Source: Isurus oxyrinchus (lineage: Eukaryota). Taken from it: a stretch of 64,000 bases of DNA. The stretch lies in assembly GCA_026770705.1 (NCBI GenBank), contig JANJGN010000012.1, forward strand, positions 69,998,001 through 70,062,000. The letters are read 5' to 3'. Within the stretch, counting starts at the first letter, position 1. The number at the start of each line of letters is the position of its first letter. A program made the translations under genes and the position numbers. The notes under the pieces are model-generated. The model was not told the DNA's origin and searched no databases. It saw nothing but the letters and a program-made list of their open reading frames with translations. Shown here piece after piece: positions 1 through 12,919 of the stretch.

Positions 1-755
1 CCCAGTGCCCTGACCAATATTTATTCCTCAACCAATACCACTAAAACAGACTATCTGGCGATCAGAATAGACAAGTGTAATGTAATAACTGAATATATTT
101 GGGTTTTCATGAGGCTGTTCATAATATATCACATTTTACAAACATGACTAATGTCAGGATTTGTGGAGTCAGGGGACAAGTAAAGTGGATAGCAAGATGG
201 CTACGAAAATGAAAAGAGAGAGTAAGGGTTAAAGGAGTTAAAGCAGTGCTTACTCAGAGTGACTGAAAGTGGGAAGTGGTCTTCCACAGGGATTTACACT
301 GGGACCATTTACCTGAACAATTTGGACTTAGGAATCAGAAGTACAATTTCAAAATTTGCAGCCGGATCCAAGTTATGGAAATTGTGTAGCTAATAGAATA
401 GGATACTGTGACAAAATACAAGAAGACATTAATAAGCACGCAGAACAGGTAGCTAACTGTTTTTCAATACAGATGAATGTGAGGTAATACACGTTTAAAG
501 AAGAATAAGACAGCCAATTACCTCATGGAAAATAAGTGTTTAAATGGGATAGAGGAAAAGAGGGATCTGAGAATTCAGCTAAACAATTTACTCAAAGTAA
601 TGACACAGGTTAATAATGTCATTAAAGGGAAATATAGCCCTGGAGTTCATTTGTAGTGCAGTTGAATTGCATCAAACTTGTACTGGGCATTGACTAGGTC
701 ACACTTGGAGCACTATGCGCAGTTTTGGTCTCCATATGAAAGAAAGGATATAGAG

Positions 756-1150
756 CAGGAGTTTCCAAACTGTGGGTCATCAGCCCCAGTGTGGTTGTCA
801 GGCAAGAAAATGGGGGCAAGAGCCCCTCACTTCTGAAGCAGCATGGTGCTCGTGGAGCATTCACTTTGGGGGTCCGCTCTGGCATCAGTTCCAAGGCAGA
901 TAGATGCATCTTACAGAGCCTGCAAATTAGCAAGGGAAGAAAACTCTCTGTTCTCCAGTCACTACCTGCCCATTGAATGGTCTACCCCACACCCTAGCTC
1001 CCACAGCTGTACTCCCCCTACAGATGTAGCCTCCCCACAGCTCGAACCCCCACCCCGACAGCTCTCACAGCTGTATTCCCCCTACAGCTGAACTCCCCTC
1101 ACAGCTCTAACCCGCTCCACAGCTCTCATAGCCTCCCCCCTGCTCTCACG
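756..1150. mobile_element. hAT-like (Charlie-type) DNA transposon end followed by a low-complexity cacagct/C-rich repeat
   Basis: Starts CAGGAGTTTCCAAACTGTGGGTC, which resembles hAT TIRs (CAGTGTTTCCCAAACT..). It splits the CR1. No right TIR seen. Confidence 0.5.
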
Positions 1151-1231
1151 CTAGGATTTTCAAGGATATTACCAGAACTGAGATGTTAAACCTCTCAATA
1201 AAAATGAACAGGCTATGGCTCATTTCTCTAG

Positions 1232-1421
1232 TATCACGGATAGAATGCATTTGATCTCTTACTCTCCATAATCAGGATGTTTTATATCGAAAATTGTTGT
1301 GTCCTTTCTCACTCTTGGAGTGTGCATTTCAATTAAATTATTCAGCAGCAATCTTTTGTGAGTTTCAAATAAAGGCTATTTAATCTCACACATTTACCAT
1401 GAATTAATGTAACATCACCAT

Positions 1422-1459
<38 letters not shown>

Positions 1460-2212
1460 ACATAGACAGATTGGATACAAATAAAGATAGTGCAATTTTA
1501 CAGATTGCACAGTTAATTCAGGCTCTGATTTATGACTTAAGGTCTTCTACGCGGCAGGCCTGTGGTTTCTTGAATGGATTTGATTATTTGAAGTTGAAGT
1601 GAGGGTCTTGTCAAGCAAAGGGTCCTCAGCAGGATGTGAGGTTTCTTGTAGTCAACCATCTAGGAGGTTGGTTTTCAGATGAACTTTGAAACTGGAACAC
1701 GTTAACTACTTTGACTGCTTGTTGACTTGCAGCTTTGCTTCTGGGTCTGGTTCTCAGGCTAGCTGATGATGGATGGTTCTGATGGATCTGCTGGGTCCCG
1801 AGGCAATATGTGGCATAGTCCCTGAAACCAGTTTCAATCACGTGACCACTGGGTTAACACCTCTGAGGCCCACCCAGTCTAGTTTGGATGGGGGAGGACA
1901 TCATGTTACAATGGGCCATTGAGTTTTGATCTTTTTTGCTCAGTATGAAACATGGAGACAGACAGTCTGGAAATCCATAGTCTTTAGGTATTGATGCTCC
2001 TTAAGCAATGTGATGCATGAATTCTACAAATGGCTGTAAGCTACCACATGTCCATATTTAATTAGGTATTCACCTGAGAGATGATACATAGTGTAGTCCA
2101 AATGTAAAAGTCACATGATTTGAGGCAGCCATTTTAACAGCTTGCTTGTGTCCAATTTTTAAAAATAGTGACTGAAAGTTCATGCTATGACAGGTCTGTA
2201 CTTGTCATCTCA
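1232..2212. mobile_element. Probable solo LTR containing a (CA)n microsatellite at ~1423-1461
   Basis: Interrupts the CR1, with 4-bp TSD ctag at 1228-1231 and 2213-2216. Termini TATCA...CTCA (degenerate TG...CA). Confidence 0.6.
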
Positions 2213-2604
2213 CTAGCAAGGAAAAGACTAAAAGGTGACCTGATTGAGGTTTTTATGATTATGAAAGGGTTTGATGGGGTAATCATAGACAAAATATGTC
2301 CACTTGTGAGTGAGACCAGGACTCTAAGATAATCATTAGGAAATACAAGAGGGAATTCAGGAAGAACGTCTTTATCCAGAGAATGGTTTGAATGTAACAT
2401 TCACTACTACATGGAGTGGTTGAGGTACATTGATGCATTTAAAGGGAAGCTAAATAAACACATGAGGGAGAAAGGAATAGAAGGGAATGCCTTCATAGTT
2501 AGAGGAAGAAGGTTAGGAAGAAGCTTATGTAGATCATAGACACTGGCTTAGATCTCCTAGTCTGAATAGCCTGTTTCTGTTCTCTACATTGTATGTAATT
2601 ATCA

Positions 2605-2742
2605 CTGTGATTTTTATGGGACCTCACTGCTCTCCAATTAGTTTCTATGTTTGCTAAATTACTACATTGACTACACTTCAGGGGTTGTAAAGCATATTGT
2701 GATGTCCTGAGGCCGTGAAAAGTGTTACATCAATGCAATTTT
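2605..2742 (+). mobile_element. DeuSINE/SacSINE-like SINE 3' fragment
   Basis: Tail ttgtaaagcatattgtgatgtcctgaggccgtgaaaagtgttacatcaatgcaa resembles the AmnSINE1/SacSINE1-type tail seen repeatedly in the window. Confidence 0.65.
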
Positions 2743-3789
2743 TTTCTTTTTATCCAATTTAATTGTGTGAGAGCACAAGTCAGTCTTACGCTCCCTGTAC
2801 TACTGAGATGCACCTCATCACCGAGCTTGGGCTAATCTTTTCCAGTCTATTAGGTAATGAAAATACCTGGGGCAGCAAAAAAGGTTTTAATCTGAGGGGC
2901 AGTGAAAAGCAGCTAAGAAGCACTGGAAATGGAATGAGGTAGTAATATAAAATATACAGCTGAACTGCGGACCTCAACCCTTGTGCCTTGACTGACTTTA
3001 CTGGTGACCATGATAACCATATTTACCTGAATTCCTTCTGCAGTAGGGCCTCTAGTATAGCGGTTGAATGCAGAGAGACTTCAAACAGAATGTGTTCATT
3101 GCAATCCCATGGAATTACTCAGGGCCTTTTTTTTGCACTTTTAATCACCACGTGCAAATGTTGATCTCTGCTAAATGTCAAGCTGCAGTCATCAAGGATA
3201 AAAAAACTTAGTTAATTTGTAAGATGCCTTCTTGCCCAACATGTTTGGGGAGCGAAGACAGATTTGAGAAGTATTCGCACGGAGTACTGGGGCAAAAAAT
3301 AGATTCTGTCTAATGGATTTCTTCTTTGTAATGCTAAATGCTAACTTGTGGTGAAACCATGGCAACGCTGAGCTGTACTGTTGTGACACAAACCATGGGC
3401 GTAGCTAACAAGGAATTGGCAAGGCACCAGCTGACAAGATTATAACAGGAGATGATTGAAAATAAATGTTAAAAGGAGTGACTGCTTGCGTTAACTTTGT
3501 CCCCCACTGATCTCTTTAAATAACAAGCAAAGACATGGCTAATCCTCCCAAGCAAGGATTGAAGGAAAACACACACCAGAACCGCAGAAACCTGACAAGC
3601 AAGGCGATCCAAGTATGAAGATAACCAGGTCCTTTGTTAACCTGCTCAAGGAGTACAGGGCTGACTGGAATCTGGGCACCAATCCTCTGATTACAGCCAT
3701 CTTGGTGCCTTTTTCTTTAAGTTCTTTAGAACAAGAGAATCTGGAACCCACCGCGACAAAGAGTTGAAGGAAGGGGTATTTTGGCATTT

Positions 3790-4630
3790 GTGTGGCACAT
3801 GTCCATATGCAGCAAGACCTGGAAAATATTCAGGCTTGGGCTAATAAGTGGTAAGTAACATTTGCATCACACAAGTGCCAGGCAATGAAAATCTCCAACA
3901 AGAGAGAATCTAACCATCTCCCCTTGACATTCAATGGCATTAGCACTACTGAATCCCCCACTATCAACATCCTGGGGTCGTTGACTAGAAACTGAACTGG
4001 ACTAGCCGTATAAATATTGAGGCTGCAAGAGCAGGTCAGAGGCTGGGAATTCTGTGGGGAGTAACTCACCTCCTGACTCCCCAGAGCCTGTCCACCATCT
4101 ACAAGGCACAAGTCAAGAGTGTGATGGAATACTTTCCAATTACCTGGTTGAGTACAGCTCCCACAATGCTCAAGAAGTTTGGTACCATCCAGGATAAAGC
4201 AGCCGCTTGATTGGCACCACATCCACAAACACTCACTCCCTCCACCACTGATGCATAGTAGCAGCAGTGTGTGCCATCTACAAGATGCACTGCAGGAATT
4301 CACCAAGGCTGCTTAGACAGCACATTGCAAACCTGTGACTTCTACCATCTAGAAGGACAAGGGCAACAGGCACATGGAAACACCACCACCTGGAAGTTTC
4401 CCTCCAAGCCACACATCATCCTGACTTGGAAATATATCGCCGGTACTTCACTGTTGCTGGGTCAAAATCCTGGAACCCCCTCCGTAACAGCACTGTGGGT
4501 GTACCTACACCACATGGACTGCAGCGGTTCAGGAAGGCAGCTCACCACCACCTTCTCAAGGGCAACTAGGGATGCACAATAAATGCTGGCCCAGGCATCG
4601 ATGCCCACATCCCATGAATGAATAAAAAAA
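3790..4630 (+). mobile_element. LINE-A (CR1-group) 5'-truncated copy
   Basis: Matches other LINE-A copies. 3' end gggcaactagggatgcacaataaatgctggcc..cccacatcccatgaatgaataaaaaaa. Confidence 0.9.
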
Positions 4631-4904
4631 GAAAGGTTTGACGCACAATTGAGGCAGAAGAATATAGAGCCCAAGTGTGCTGGATGGGAGGAAGCCTGTA
4701 TTGAATATAAACATTAGCATGGAGTATTTGGGCCAAATGGCCTGGTTCTGTATTAATTAATTCAATATAAGGTGCTGCATCCCTCAACCAACAGATCATT
4801 CTTGGTTTGTGAACCCGGAAGGTGAATATGTGGTGAATGTGATTGCAACTCTCTATGAGGTTCCCTTTCCAACCAGGCTGACTTTGTAATTTGTGCTTAG
4901 GATA

Positions 4905-5095
4905 AGGGTGACACTGGCAAGGCCTCATTTATTGCCTGACCACAGTGTACCTTCCCTTGCCTGAAGGGTGCTGGGGAGTATATTTTTTTTATGTGACAAT
5001 CCAGCAGCTTTCATTGTTGTTTTCTAGTATCCAGAGACTTATTGAATTCAAATATAAAATTTGGTATGGTGGGATTTGAACTCATGACCTCTCAG
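4905..5095 (-). mobile_element. tRNA-headed SINE with LINE-A-type tail (decayed)
   Basis: B-box-like gggatttgaactc (rc gagttcaaatccc) near 5070. Tail cactggcaaggcctcatttattgcc is the reverse complement of the LINE-A 3' end. Confidence 0.55.
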
Positions 5096-6234
5096 GTAGT
5101 GGTGGAGTCCCAGAAGAATTAAGATATTGTGTTGGTATAAAGAGGAAGGAAAAGGAAGACCAATTCAGGTGTCTGGATTTTGGAAGTGGGGTTGGGAACC
5201 CTAGTTTAGGCTTAGGTGAATTTCATATCCTCAATTATGTTGTTAACCTGATGCTATTTTTAAATGTTGTTATGATTGTGGACAAGACCCAGAGATCTGG
5301 TTAGGGACCAATAACATTTTGTTTAAAGTGGGTAAATGTTGAGGTTCAAGACACCTGCATTTGGTGCAAGGTCAGAAAGATAAAGCAGTTTACAGTATGT
5401 ATCTTATTCACTAACAATCAGGGTGAATATGTGATACATGTGAATTAACAGACGAACTGTGGTCGAACATACCACACCAGAGTAATTGACAAATGCAACC
5501 AAGACAGAGTCCGTGGATTTCTCATGAACCTACCTGGTTGTCAGTAAACACCAAGTCAAACCATCTTATTGATGGACTGCTAATTTAGCACCCAGGGACA
5601 CAAAGAAGGGTGCTGGGGATAATGGGGACAAATACCCTGATTATGCAGGAGGGGAGTTTGGTGCCCAATTAGTATCGCCAAGTGTCTACAGAAGGCTGAA
5701 ACTACCTGCCTGGCACCAGCAGGAAAGGTAAATGGCAGTCATGTTGGGGCCTGCCACTGCCTTGTCAAATAGAGCAGGCAGTTCCTCAAAGGGCCAGCAG
5801 CATAAATGGGAAGGAAAGTGACTACAACTAAACCAAAAGTTATGCTTTCTACTCAGCATAAGATGCCCATGAGCTGACGCTTTTCATCATTAAGAATAAA
5901 CTTCAGATCCCCCTGCAACGAACCCAACAGCTGGGCACTAATATATACCAGGCCAAACGGGTTCACTGTATTGACCATTGAAAATACCATCATGGCCCTA
6001 CCTGACCTGTTAACAAAGCCTTAAAAGAGTTTAAGGGTCTGCTAATTGGAAGCGAGTGGGTTCATCAATGACCCTTTCCCCCTCACGCACTGCTCCCCAA
6101 CCCCCCACCCCCAACCACAACCCTGACCTTGAAAATTGAAGATTGCGCCGGAGGCATTGGGGTACCTCTGGGACTGTAACTTTTAATTTGCACTCACATC
6201 AGGTCCCTACCTCACTGGCATTTGAAAATCTGCC

Positions 6235-6720
6235 TCAGGATGTCCCAAAGTGATTTATAACAAGTGTGGTTATTGTTGCAATGTGGGAAATGTGGCAACC
6301 AATTTGTGCACAGCAAAGTTCCATAAACAACAATGAGATAGATTACAAGATAATCTGCTTTAGTGATGTTTCTTAGAAGAAGGAAATAAAAACTTGTATG
6401 TTTAAAGCACCTTTCAAGGCCTCAGGATTTCCCAATGCCTTTTTACAGTCAATTAAGTTATTAGTGAAGCGTGTTGCAATGTGGAAATATAGCAGCCTAT
6501 TTGCCCACAGCAATGTTACAACGAACAGATAAACTACATTAGTGATTTTGATTGAGGGACAAATATTGGCCAGGGACTGGGAGGAAATTCTGAGCAATTC
6601 TTTGAAATAATGTCAAGGGATCTTTTACATCCTCCTGAGACAGCAGACAGCTCTCTCTCTCTATCTTTTTATCATCGTCCTTAGTGCTGGATGGGGGTGC
6701 CATCCTAGATCAGTTCTTAA
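6235..6720 (-). mobile_element. Two DeuSINE/SacSINE-like SINE fragments
   Basis: cctcaggatgtcccaaag..gcaaccaatttgtgcacagcaaag and cttgtatgtttaaagcacctttcaaggcctcagg..gggacaaatattggccaggg. Confidence 0.65.
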
Positions 6721-6789
6721 TCCTGTATTGCCCTTCATGAGGCTAATTATAGATACCCCTACATTGGCTGAGATCAACATATAGAATTC

Positions 6790-7045
6790 CAGGCTGGAGG
6801 AATTTCTCCACTCAGTGTTGTAAATCTTTGGAATTCTCAGAGGGCCGTGAATCCTCAGTTGTTGAGTATATTCAAGGTTGTGATTTATAGGTTTTTGGAC
6901 TCTCAGAGAATCAAAGCACCTGGTGATTGGGCAGGGAAATGGAGTTGAGGTTGGGAATCAGCCATGATCTTCTGATATGGCAGAGCAGGGTCAGGGAGGC
7001 ATAGAGACTACTCCCGCATCTATTTCTTATATTCTTACGATCTTA
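6790..7045 (+). mobile_element. CR1 3' end fragment
   Basis: aggaatttctccactcagtgttgtaaatctttggaattctc..cagccatgatc..tatttcttatattctta. Confidence 0.75.
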
Positions 7046-9256
7046 GCATTTAACTTCAAAAATTCTGAATCCAAATTGAGATCTCTGGTCCATGTGGCTC
7101 AGGAACAATCCTAGATTTGCCTTCATCTGGAAAGCTATCATGGAATTTTTGTCAGCAGGGACGATCTAGTGTATCTTTACTAATCCTATTATCTGCTCCA
7201 CCTAGTCACTGGGACTCAGGAGCCAGATTTGATGTGTAGCCTGCTCGTCATGAAACCAGTCGATTGAGTCATTATTTTCTTTGTTATTTCTGCACTTGAG
7301 GATCGGCTTTAGAAACATAATTCCCAAATATAAGCTCCGCCAAATTGATCAGTAATGCTGAAAACTGCCACACAATATTTTTCAATGAGTGATGGCACTC
7401 TTCCTTGATGAGCTGATCAAGCTCACAATGCAAGGTTCCTTCTCATCTGTAGAACAACTCTGGAGGAAGCTGATGGAAGCAGTTGGCATTGATTTACTCA
7501 AATGCAAATTAGAAATATTCTGTTCATAAAAATAACATTTTGGGATACAGTACCTGCTCAATTTGAGACATGACATGTAATGACTGTAATGTGTTTCAGA
7601 GGGACAAATGATGTTGGACCCCAAGCTATCCAATACAAACATTTTCCTCATCTCAAGTTGTAGGCTAATTGAAAGAGATCAATTGCTATAATGAGTCAAC
7701 AACTCCATTACCATTGTATCAGGTGAAACAGGATGGTAAAAGATTAGCAAGATGGAGCTTAGTCTTTTTCGTCAGCACTTCCGATGTTTTTCTTCAAACC
7801 CTTCACTGTTGGATGAAAATCCTGGAACACCCTTTCCAACAGTACTGTAGATGTGTCGACATTACATAGACAGCAGCTGATTAAGAAGGCAGCTCACCAC
7901 CAGCTTTAGGGATGGGCAATAAATACTGGCCTTGTCAGTGACGGCCACATCCCGAGAATGAATGAGAAAAAAGTTTCTTTGCTCCTTGTCTGGTATAATC
8001 CATTGCACCCAAGATGGTCTCTATAAATCCTACCATCTGTTGCCATTGTGACCTTGTGTAGTGGGGATGTTCCTGTTGCCAATGAACAAAGGCCTTAATG
8101 TCAGGAAATGCATCAGATGACACATCTATGTTATCACATCATCATTTGCACACATTCTCACAGTCCTAGCAGACAATCCAAGCAGTACACTGCTCAAGCA
8201 GATTTTCATGAAAATTAGGGTCAGAGGAAACCAGGGCACAGTAGGTACTGCCAGACAGCCATTGTTAATTGGAAATTGAGGTGCATAGGTTTTACCATTT
8301 CTCTAGGCTCTGTTGGTGGGCTCAATCCAGCACCAGGCCCCAGGAAAGAATCCTCTAAATTTTCTTTGTTGTGTGTGTTTATTTCAATGCATGGTTCCTT
8401 AAGATTCTTTTGTGTAAAAGGGGACAGCTTGTCAGCTTCCTGCAGGGTGTTACATTCTTCCTCTCGACATAAACATACCAATTGTACACAAGGATTGGTG
8501 AAACCATAACGTGTGTTCCTTATTTGAAGATATGACTATATGCAGATATGCAGGAGACTGTGAGGCACTTGTCTGACCTCATTCACTGCTGCTTTCAGAC
8601 TGACTGCAAGTCATGGAGTGAATACATCATATCTGGTTTAGGTGCTAATGATTTACGGTAGTTTAAGGTACACTCCCTTAAAGGCATATGCACATCATTT
8701 CATAACTTCTGTTATCTACACTATTGCTGATTGGCTGCTTGTCTGTGCAGATTAGACAGAACTTTGCCAATCTACACTGTGAATATCAGCAAGTTGTTTG
8801 CCCACAGGAAGATTTACGTACAGGAATCTACCTGCCAGCACCTGCCAACCAAACATGAGCAGGCACTGGCCAGGATTTTCTATCCCTTTTAGGAAAATTC
8901 CAACTAACAGATAGCTTCTGGCAACAGGAATTCTCAATGTTTCTTTGCTCAAGAAGTGGGATCACCAACAATGTACATTTATCAAACAGGAATTGACATT
9001 GAGATACATAAGGGGTTATGAGAACAAGTGACCTAAAGCTTGGTCAAAGATGGAGTTTCTCAGAAGCATCATAAATGCCAAGAGAGAGAGGTAGAGAAAT
9101 GGAGACGTGGAGAGGGAGAGATGGAGAGGCAAAGAGGCGGACATTGGAGAGGTGGAGAGTGGAGACATGAAAAGGTGGAGTGGTGGAGATATGAAAGGGT
9201 GGAGAGTAGAGAGGTGGAGAGGGAAAGTAGAGGAGAGGTAGAGAGGTAGTGAGGTA

Positions 9257-9476
9257 CTTTTTTTATTCAGTCATGGAATATGGGCATCGCAGGCTAGGCC
9301 AGCATTTATTGCCCACCCTTAATTCCCCTTGAGAAGGTGGTGGTGAGCTGTCTTCTGGAACCGCTGCAGTCCATGTGGTGTAGGTACACCCACAGTGCTG
9401 ATAGGGAGGGAGTTTCAGGATTTTGATCCAGCGACAGTGAAGGAACGGCAACTGTCACTGGGTCAAAATCCTGGAA
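9257..9476 (-). mobile_element. LINE-A 3' tail (~190 bp) ending in a fold-back
   Basis: Reverse complement of the LINE-A 3' end. Inverted arms 9413-9437 and 9452-9476. Confidence 0.85.
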
Positions 9477-9999
9477 AGGTCAAGAGGTGGAGAGGTAGAG
9501 AGGTGGAGAGGCAGGCAGGTAGAGAGATGGAGAGGTGGAGAAGGTAGAGAGATAGAGAGGTAGAAAGGTGGAGAGGTGGAGAGGCGGAGAGGTGGAGAGG
9601 TAGAGAGGTGGAGAGGTAGAGAGATATAGAAGTAGAGAGGTGGAGAGGTGGAGAGGTAGAGAAGAGGGTAGATGGAGAGGTGGAGAGGTGGAGAAGGGGA
9701 GATGTGGAGATGGGGAGATGTGGCGAGGTGGAGAGGTGGAGAAGTGAAGAGGTGGAGAGGTAGAGAGGAACAGAGATTGAGATATAGAGAGGTGGAGAGG
9801 TAGAGAAGTGGAGAGGTGAAAAGGTGGAGAGGTAGAGAGGTGGAAATGTAAAGAGGTGGACAGTGGAAAGGTGGTGAGGTGACAAGCTAGAGAGGTAAAG
9901 AGGTGGAGACGTGGAGAGTTGAAGAGGTAGAGCAGTAAAGATGTGAAGAGGTGGAGGTAAAGAGGTGGAGAGGTAAAGTAGTGGAGAGGTAGAGAGGTA

Positions 10000-10181
10000 C
10001 TTTTTTAATTCATTCATGGGATATTGCAGGTTAGGCCAGCAATTTCCCTTGAGAAGGTGATGGTTTTTTGAACTGCTGCAATCCATGTGGTATAGGAACA
10101 CCCACAGTGCTGTTAGGGAGGAAGTTTCCAGATTTTAAGCCAAAAAGGAACAGCGACTGACACTGGGTCAAAATCCTGGAA
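10000..10181 (-). mobile_element. Second, more decayed copy of the LINE-A tail plus fold-back unit
   Basis: Same junctions (gaggtac-tttttt ... ctgggtcaaaatcctggaa-aggt) as 9257-9476. Confidence 0.8.
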
Positions 10182-10611
10182 AGGTAGAGAGGTGGAGAGG
10201 TAGAGAGGTAGAGTGGTGGATAGGTGGATAGGTAGAGAGGCTGGGAGGTTCAGAGATGGAGAGCTTTAGGGAGGTGATTCCAGAGTATGGGGCCTCAGTT
10301 GACTAAAGATACATGTGCCCCTGGTGAAGCGAGGGAAGTTGGGGTTAAGCAAACAACTAGATGGAGGAAGATAGAGATTTGGGAGACTTGTTGGACTGGG
10401 GGAGATTACAGTGAATGGGAAGGATGACACCAGGAGATCCTTCAAAAAAACAAGGATGAGAATGTTAAACCTAGATTTTGGTGAAGTGGCTGCCAATGTA
10501 GGCCACTGAGCATGGGGTGAGTGTTCAGCTTCATCTACCATTGTGTCTTACTTCTGCTTCTTTAACTACCTCCTCAAAGACCAGACTTAAACCTGGCCCC
10601 TTACAGGCTGG

Positions 10612-10922
10612 TGAATCCCAGCACAGCCCAACATACACCATTGCGCAAAACACAGCCCAATTGAACCCAGCATAGCCCCGTACAGCCCAACATATCCCAC
10701 TGCAGCCCAGCACAGCCCTATGGATCCCAGCACAGCCCCGTACAGCCCAACGCACCCCAGGCAGCCCAGTGTAGCCCAACACATCCCAGCACAGCTCTGT
10801 ACAGCCGAACACATCCCAGCACAGCCTAGTTCAGTCCAATGCATCCCAGCACAGCCCAGTACAGCTCAGGACATCCCAGTGCAACCCAGTAAAGCCCAAT
10901 GCATCTCAGCATAGCCTGATGC
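10612..10922. repeat. 10-bp minisatellite (ACAGCCCAGC / ACATCCCAGC), left half
   Basis: Directly visible. Continues at 14844 after the LTR element. Confidence 0.9.
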
Positions 10923-11196
10923 AGTCCTGAAATTGTTCTTCTTTTTTGGACTCTAGGTGTGAGGCTATAGACACACGCTATTATCTGTTTAACACTTGCT
11001 TATTAATACCACTTCTAAACAGGTCACAGAGTAGGCATGTTGCCCCTAGGCATGGTGTTCCAGTCTCTCTCTCTCAGTGTCTGACACATGACTGACTGAT
11101 ATCAATTGTACATCATCATTCACGTCATACGTAGTATATCTCATCTGTTAATCCTTTATACTACTCCTCCCCCCAGCAAACGACAACATGAATCTA

Positions 11197-11310
11197 TGGC
11201 CGGGATTTTCCAGTCCTGCCTGTGGCAAGAATCGGCACAGGCAGGACCGGAGAATTTGGAGAGCAGCCAAAGTTCCGTTGACTTTGGGCAGGAATTTCCG
11301 GGTCCCACCA
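11197..11310. mobile_element. Harbinger-type MITE fragment inside the LTR element
   Basis: Starts ggccgggattttcc, similar to the GGGCGGGATTTTCC TIR at 61213. Confidence 0.5.
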
Positions 11311-12919
11311 TTTTCTGTCTTTAACTATGTACATTGCAATTCTGTAACTCCCTTCTTACAACTTCAGATCCTACTCAACTCTTCCCCTCCCCAAGTCACA
11401 GTCATGGGGGATTCAATCTGCGATAGTATTCTCGGCCCATAGGGGAGAAGTCTTGGAGACATTTAGGGTTTCTTTCACAGCTTGTAGGACATCATCATCT
11501 GCAGAGTAGGACAGAACTTTAGCAGCATTGCTGGGAAGCAGAGTGTAGATTGAGGATGACTGAACTGTAAGGAAAATGAAGACTTTTCAAGGAAACACTG
11601 ATTGAAGAGAGAAGACTGAAGAACGTCACCCATTGGACCCTCTGGGCCTCATCCTACAGGGATCCATCCTCTAGAACCTCAACCCCCAACAGGTCACTCA
11701 GTACAACAAGGGATTCTTCCTCATCACTTTCTAGGAATAACTAATTCAAGTCCAGCAGGTCTTCATGGGGATGGTCACCATCTGCTGAAATACCTTCTGT
11801 ATCTGTCACCGCTGGCCTTACTTCTTGAAGAACTGAGAGATTCATAACTTCAGCCCCTGCCCGGGGTCTAGCGGATGGTGCCTCTGTGAAAGAAAGGGAC
11901 TCACTGCTGAGTGTATAAGCTTCCTCAGCTGCTGAAGGCTAAAGTTCCACTGGTTTTAAAGAAAAGGTTAAAGATTGTTACATAAAAGGCAGTGAGTCGT
12001 TCAGATATTGAGCGCCATCTGTTCTTCTAGGATTCCTAGAAGCAAGCCAACATCACTGCTCAGTAAGGATGTACGTCGCTTGTGAAGAATAAGGAGAGAA
12101 ATAACAATCTATTGCCCTTGTCGTGAAGTGGAGCAATAATCCTGCTTTTGATTGGAAGGTCTATACCGCTTGGGCCTTGTAACTTGATGTCTGATAGATG
12201 AAGTGTCATTGGCTGAAGCCAGTTGAGATTATCTGCTACGATATTAAGACCAGCTCCAGTGTCAACTTTAAAGGTAGTGTTGAAGCCTTGAACTTGCACT
12301 GTAACTGACTAATAGTCTGGACTAAGATTATCAACTTCCCCGAGGAACTCAATCATTCGTCTTTATCCTGATTTTCCTTTCTTGAATAGAGTGTATTTCA
12401 TAAATACTTCCTTGTCTTCTACCTCGATCAAAATTGTTGGCTTTGTAGAAGTGCTTGAAATGTCCAGTTTTTTGAACTGGAAGCATTGCCACCCCTTGCT
12501 GGGTAACCCTGGCATCTATGTTGGGTTTACATGCCATAACGCAAGCTCCTCAAAATGGCTGCTGAAGTGGTGATTCCCTCTCCTCCACCTGATATGGTGG
12601 GCTTACTAATGGCTGTGGCCGCTCCCCATGGGCCTAGAGTCATGAGAAACCTTGGATTTGCCCTGAATTATAGCCCATTTAAATTCTATAAGCTCGGCCT
12701 GTCTCGCATGCTAGATTTCTTGACCCAAAGTGAGATTATCTTTGTTCTGCAGAAAGTTGGAGAGTTTCTCATCCTGAACACTTACAACGATACAATCACA
12801 GATTAGCCTACCCTTCAGCATCCCGTATCCACAAGAACTAGCCAGGGGATAAGAAATAATTCCGTCAATTCCGCAGGTCATTGTGACAGCTGGTTAAAAC
12901 ATGATCATTCAATTACTAG

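Larger units (their letters stand above)
150..2602 (+). mobile_element. Old CR1 LINE 3' half (RT C-terminus plus 3' UTR), interrupted by insertions at ~756-1150 and 1232-2212
   Basis: Decayed RT motifs (gtggtcttccacaggga..ctgggacca = SGLPQG..LGP; aaaagactaaaaggtgacctgattgagg = KRLKGDLIE) and a CR1-type 3' end gcctgtttctgttctctacattgtatgtaatt. Confidence 0.8.
9085..10250. repeat. Purine-rich 8-bp (GGTGGAGA/GGTAGAGA)n satellite in three blocks (~9085-9255, 9477-9998, 10182-10250)
   Basis: Directly visible tandem units. Confidence 0.95.
8970..10530 (-). mobile_element. L2 LINE 3' fragment expanded by an internal (GGTGGAGA)n tract and two LINE-A tails
   Basis: L2-like gacctaaagcttggtcaaag before the tract and tttagggaggtgattccagag after it. 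The same L2 segment is seen at 19740-19860. Confidence 0.7.

Noticed and set aside
3353-3366. RFX X-box-like gaaaccatggcaac in a repeat-poor stretch
   Set aside because: A single motif with only one good half-site; cannot be supported without conservation or chromatin data.
9463-10101. 212-aa ORF (LHLSTSPP repeats)
   Set aside because: Translation of the (GGTGGAGA)n satellite complement; no protein features.
10531-10914. Cys/Gly/Ala-rich and Pro/Gln-rich ORFs (also 14839-15155)
   Set aside because: Translations of the 10-bp minisatellite.
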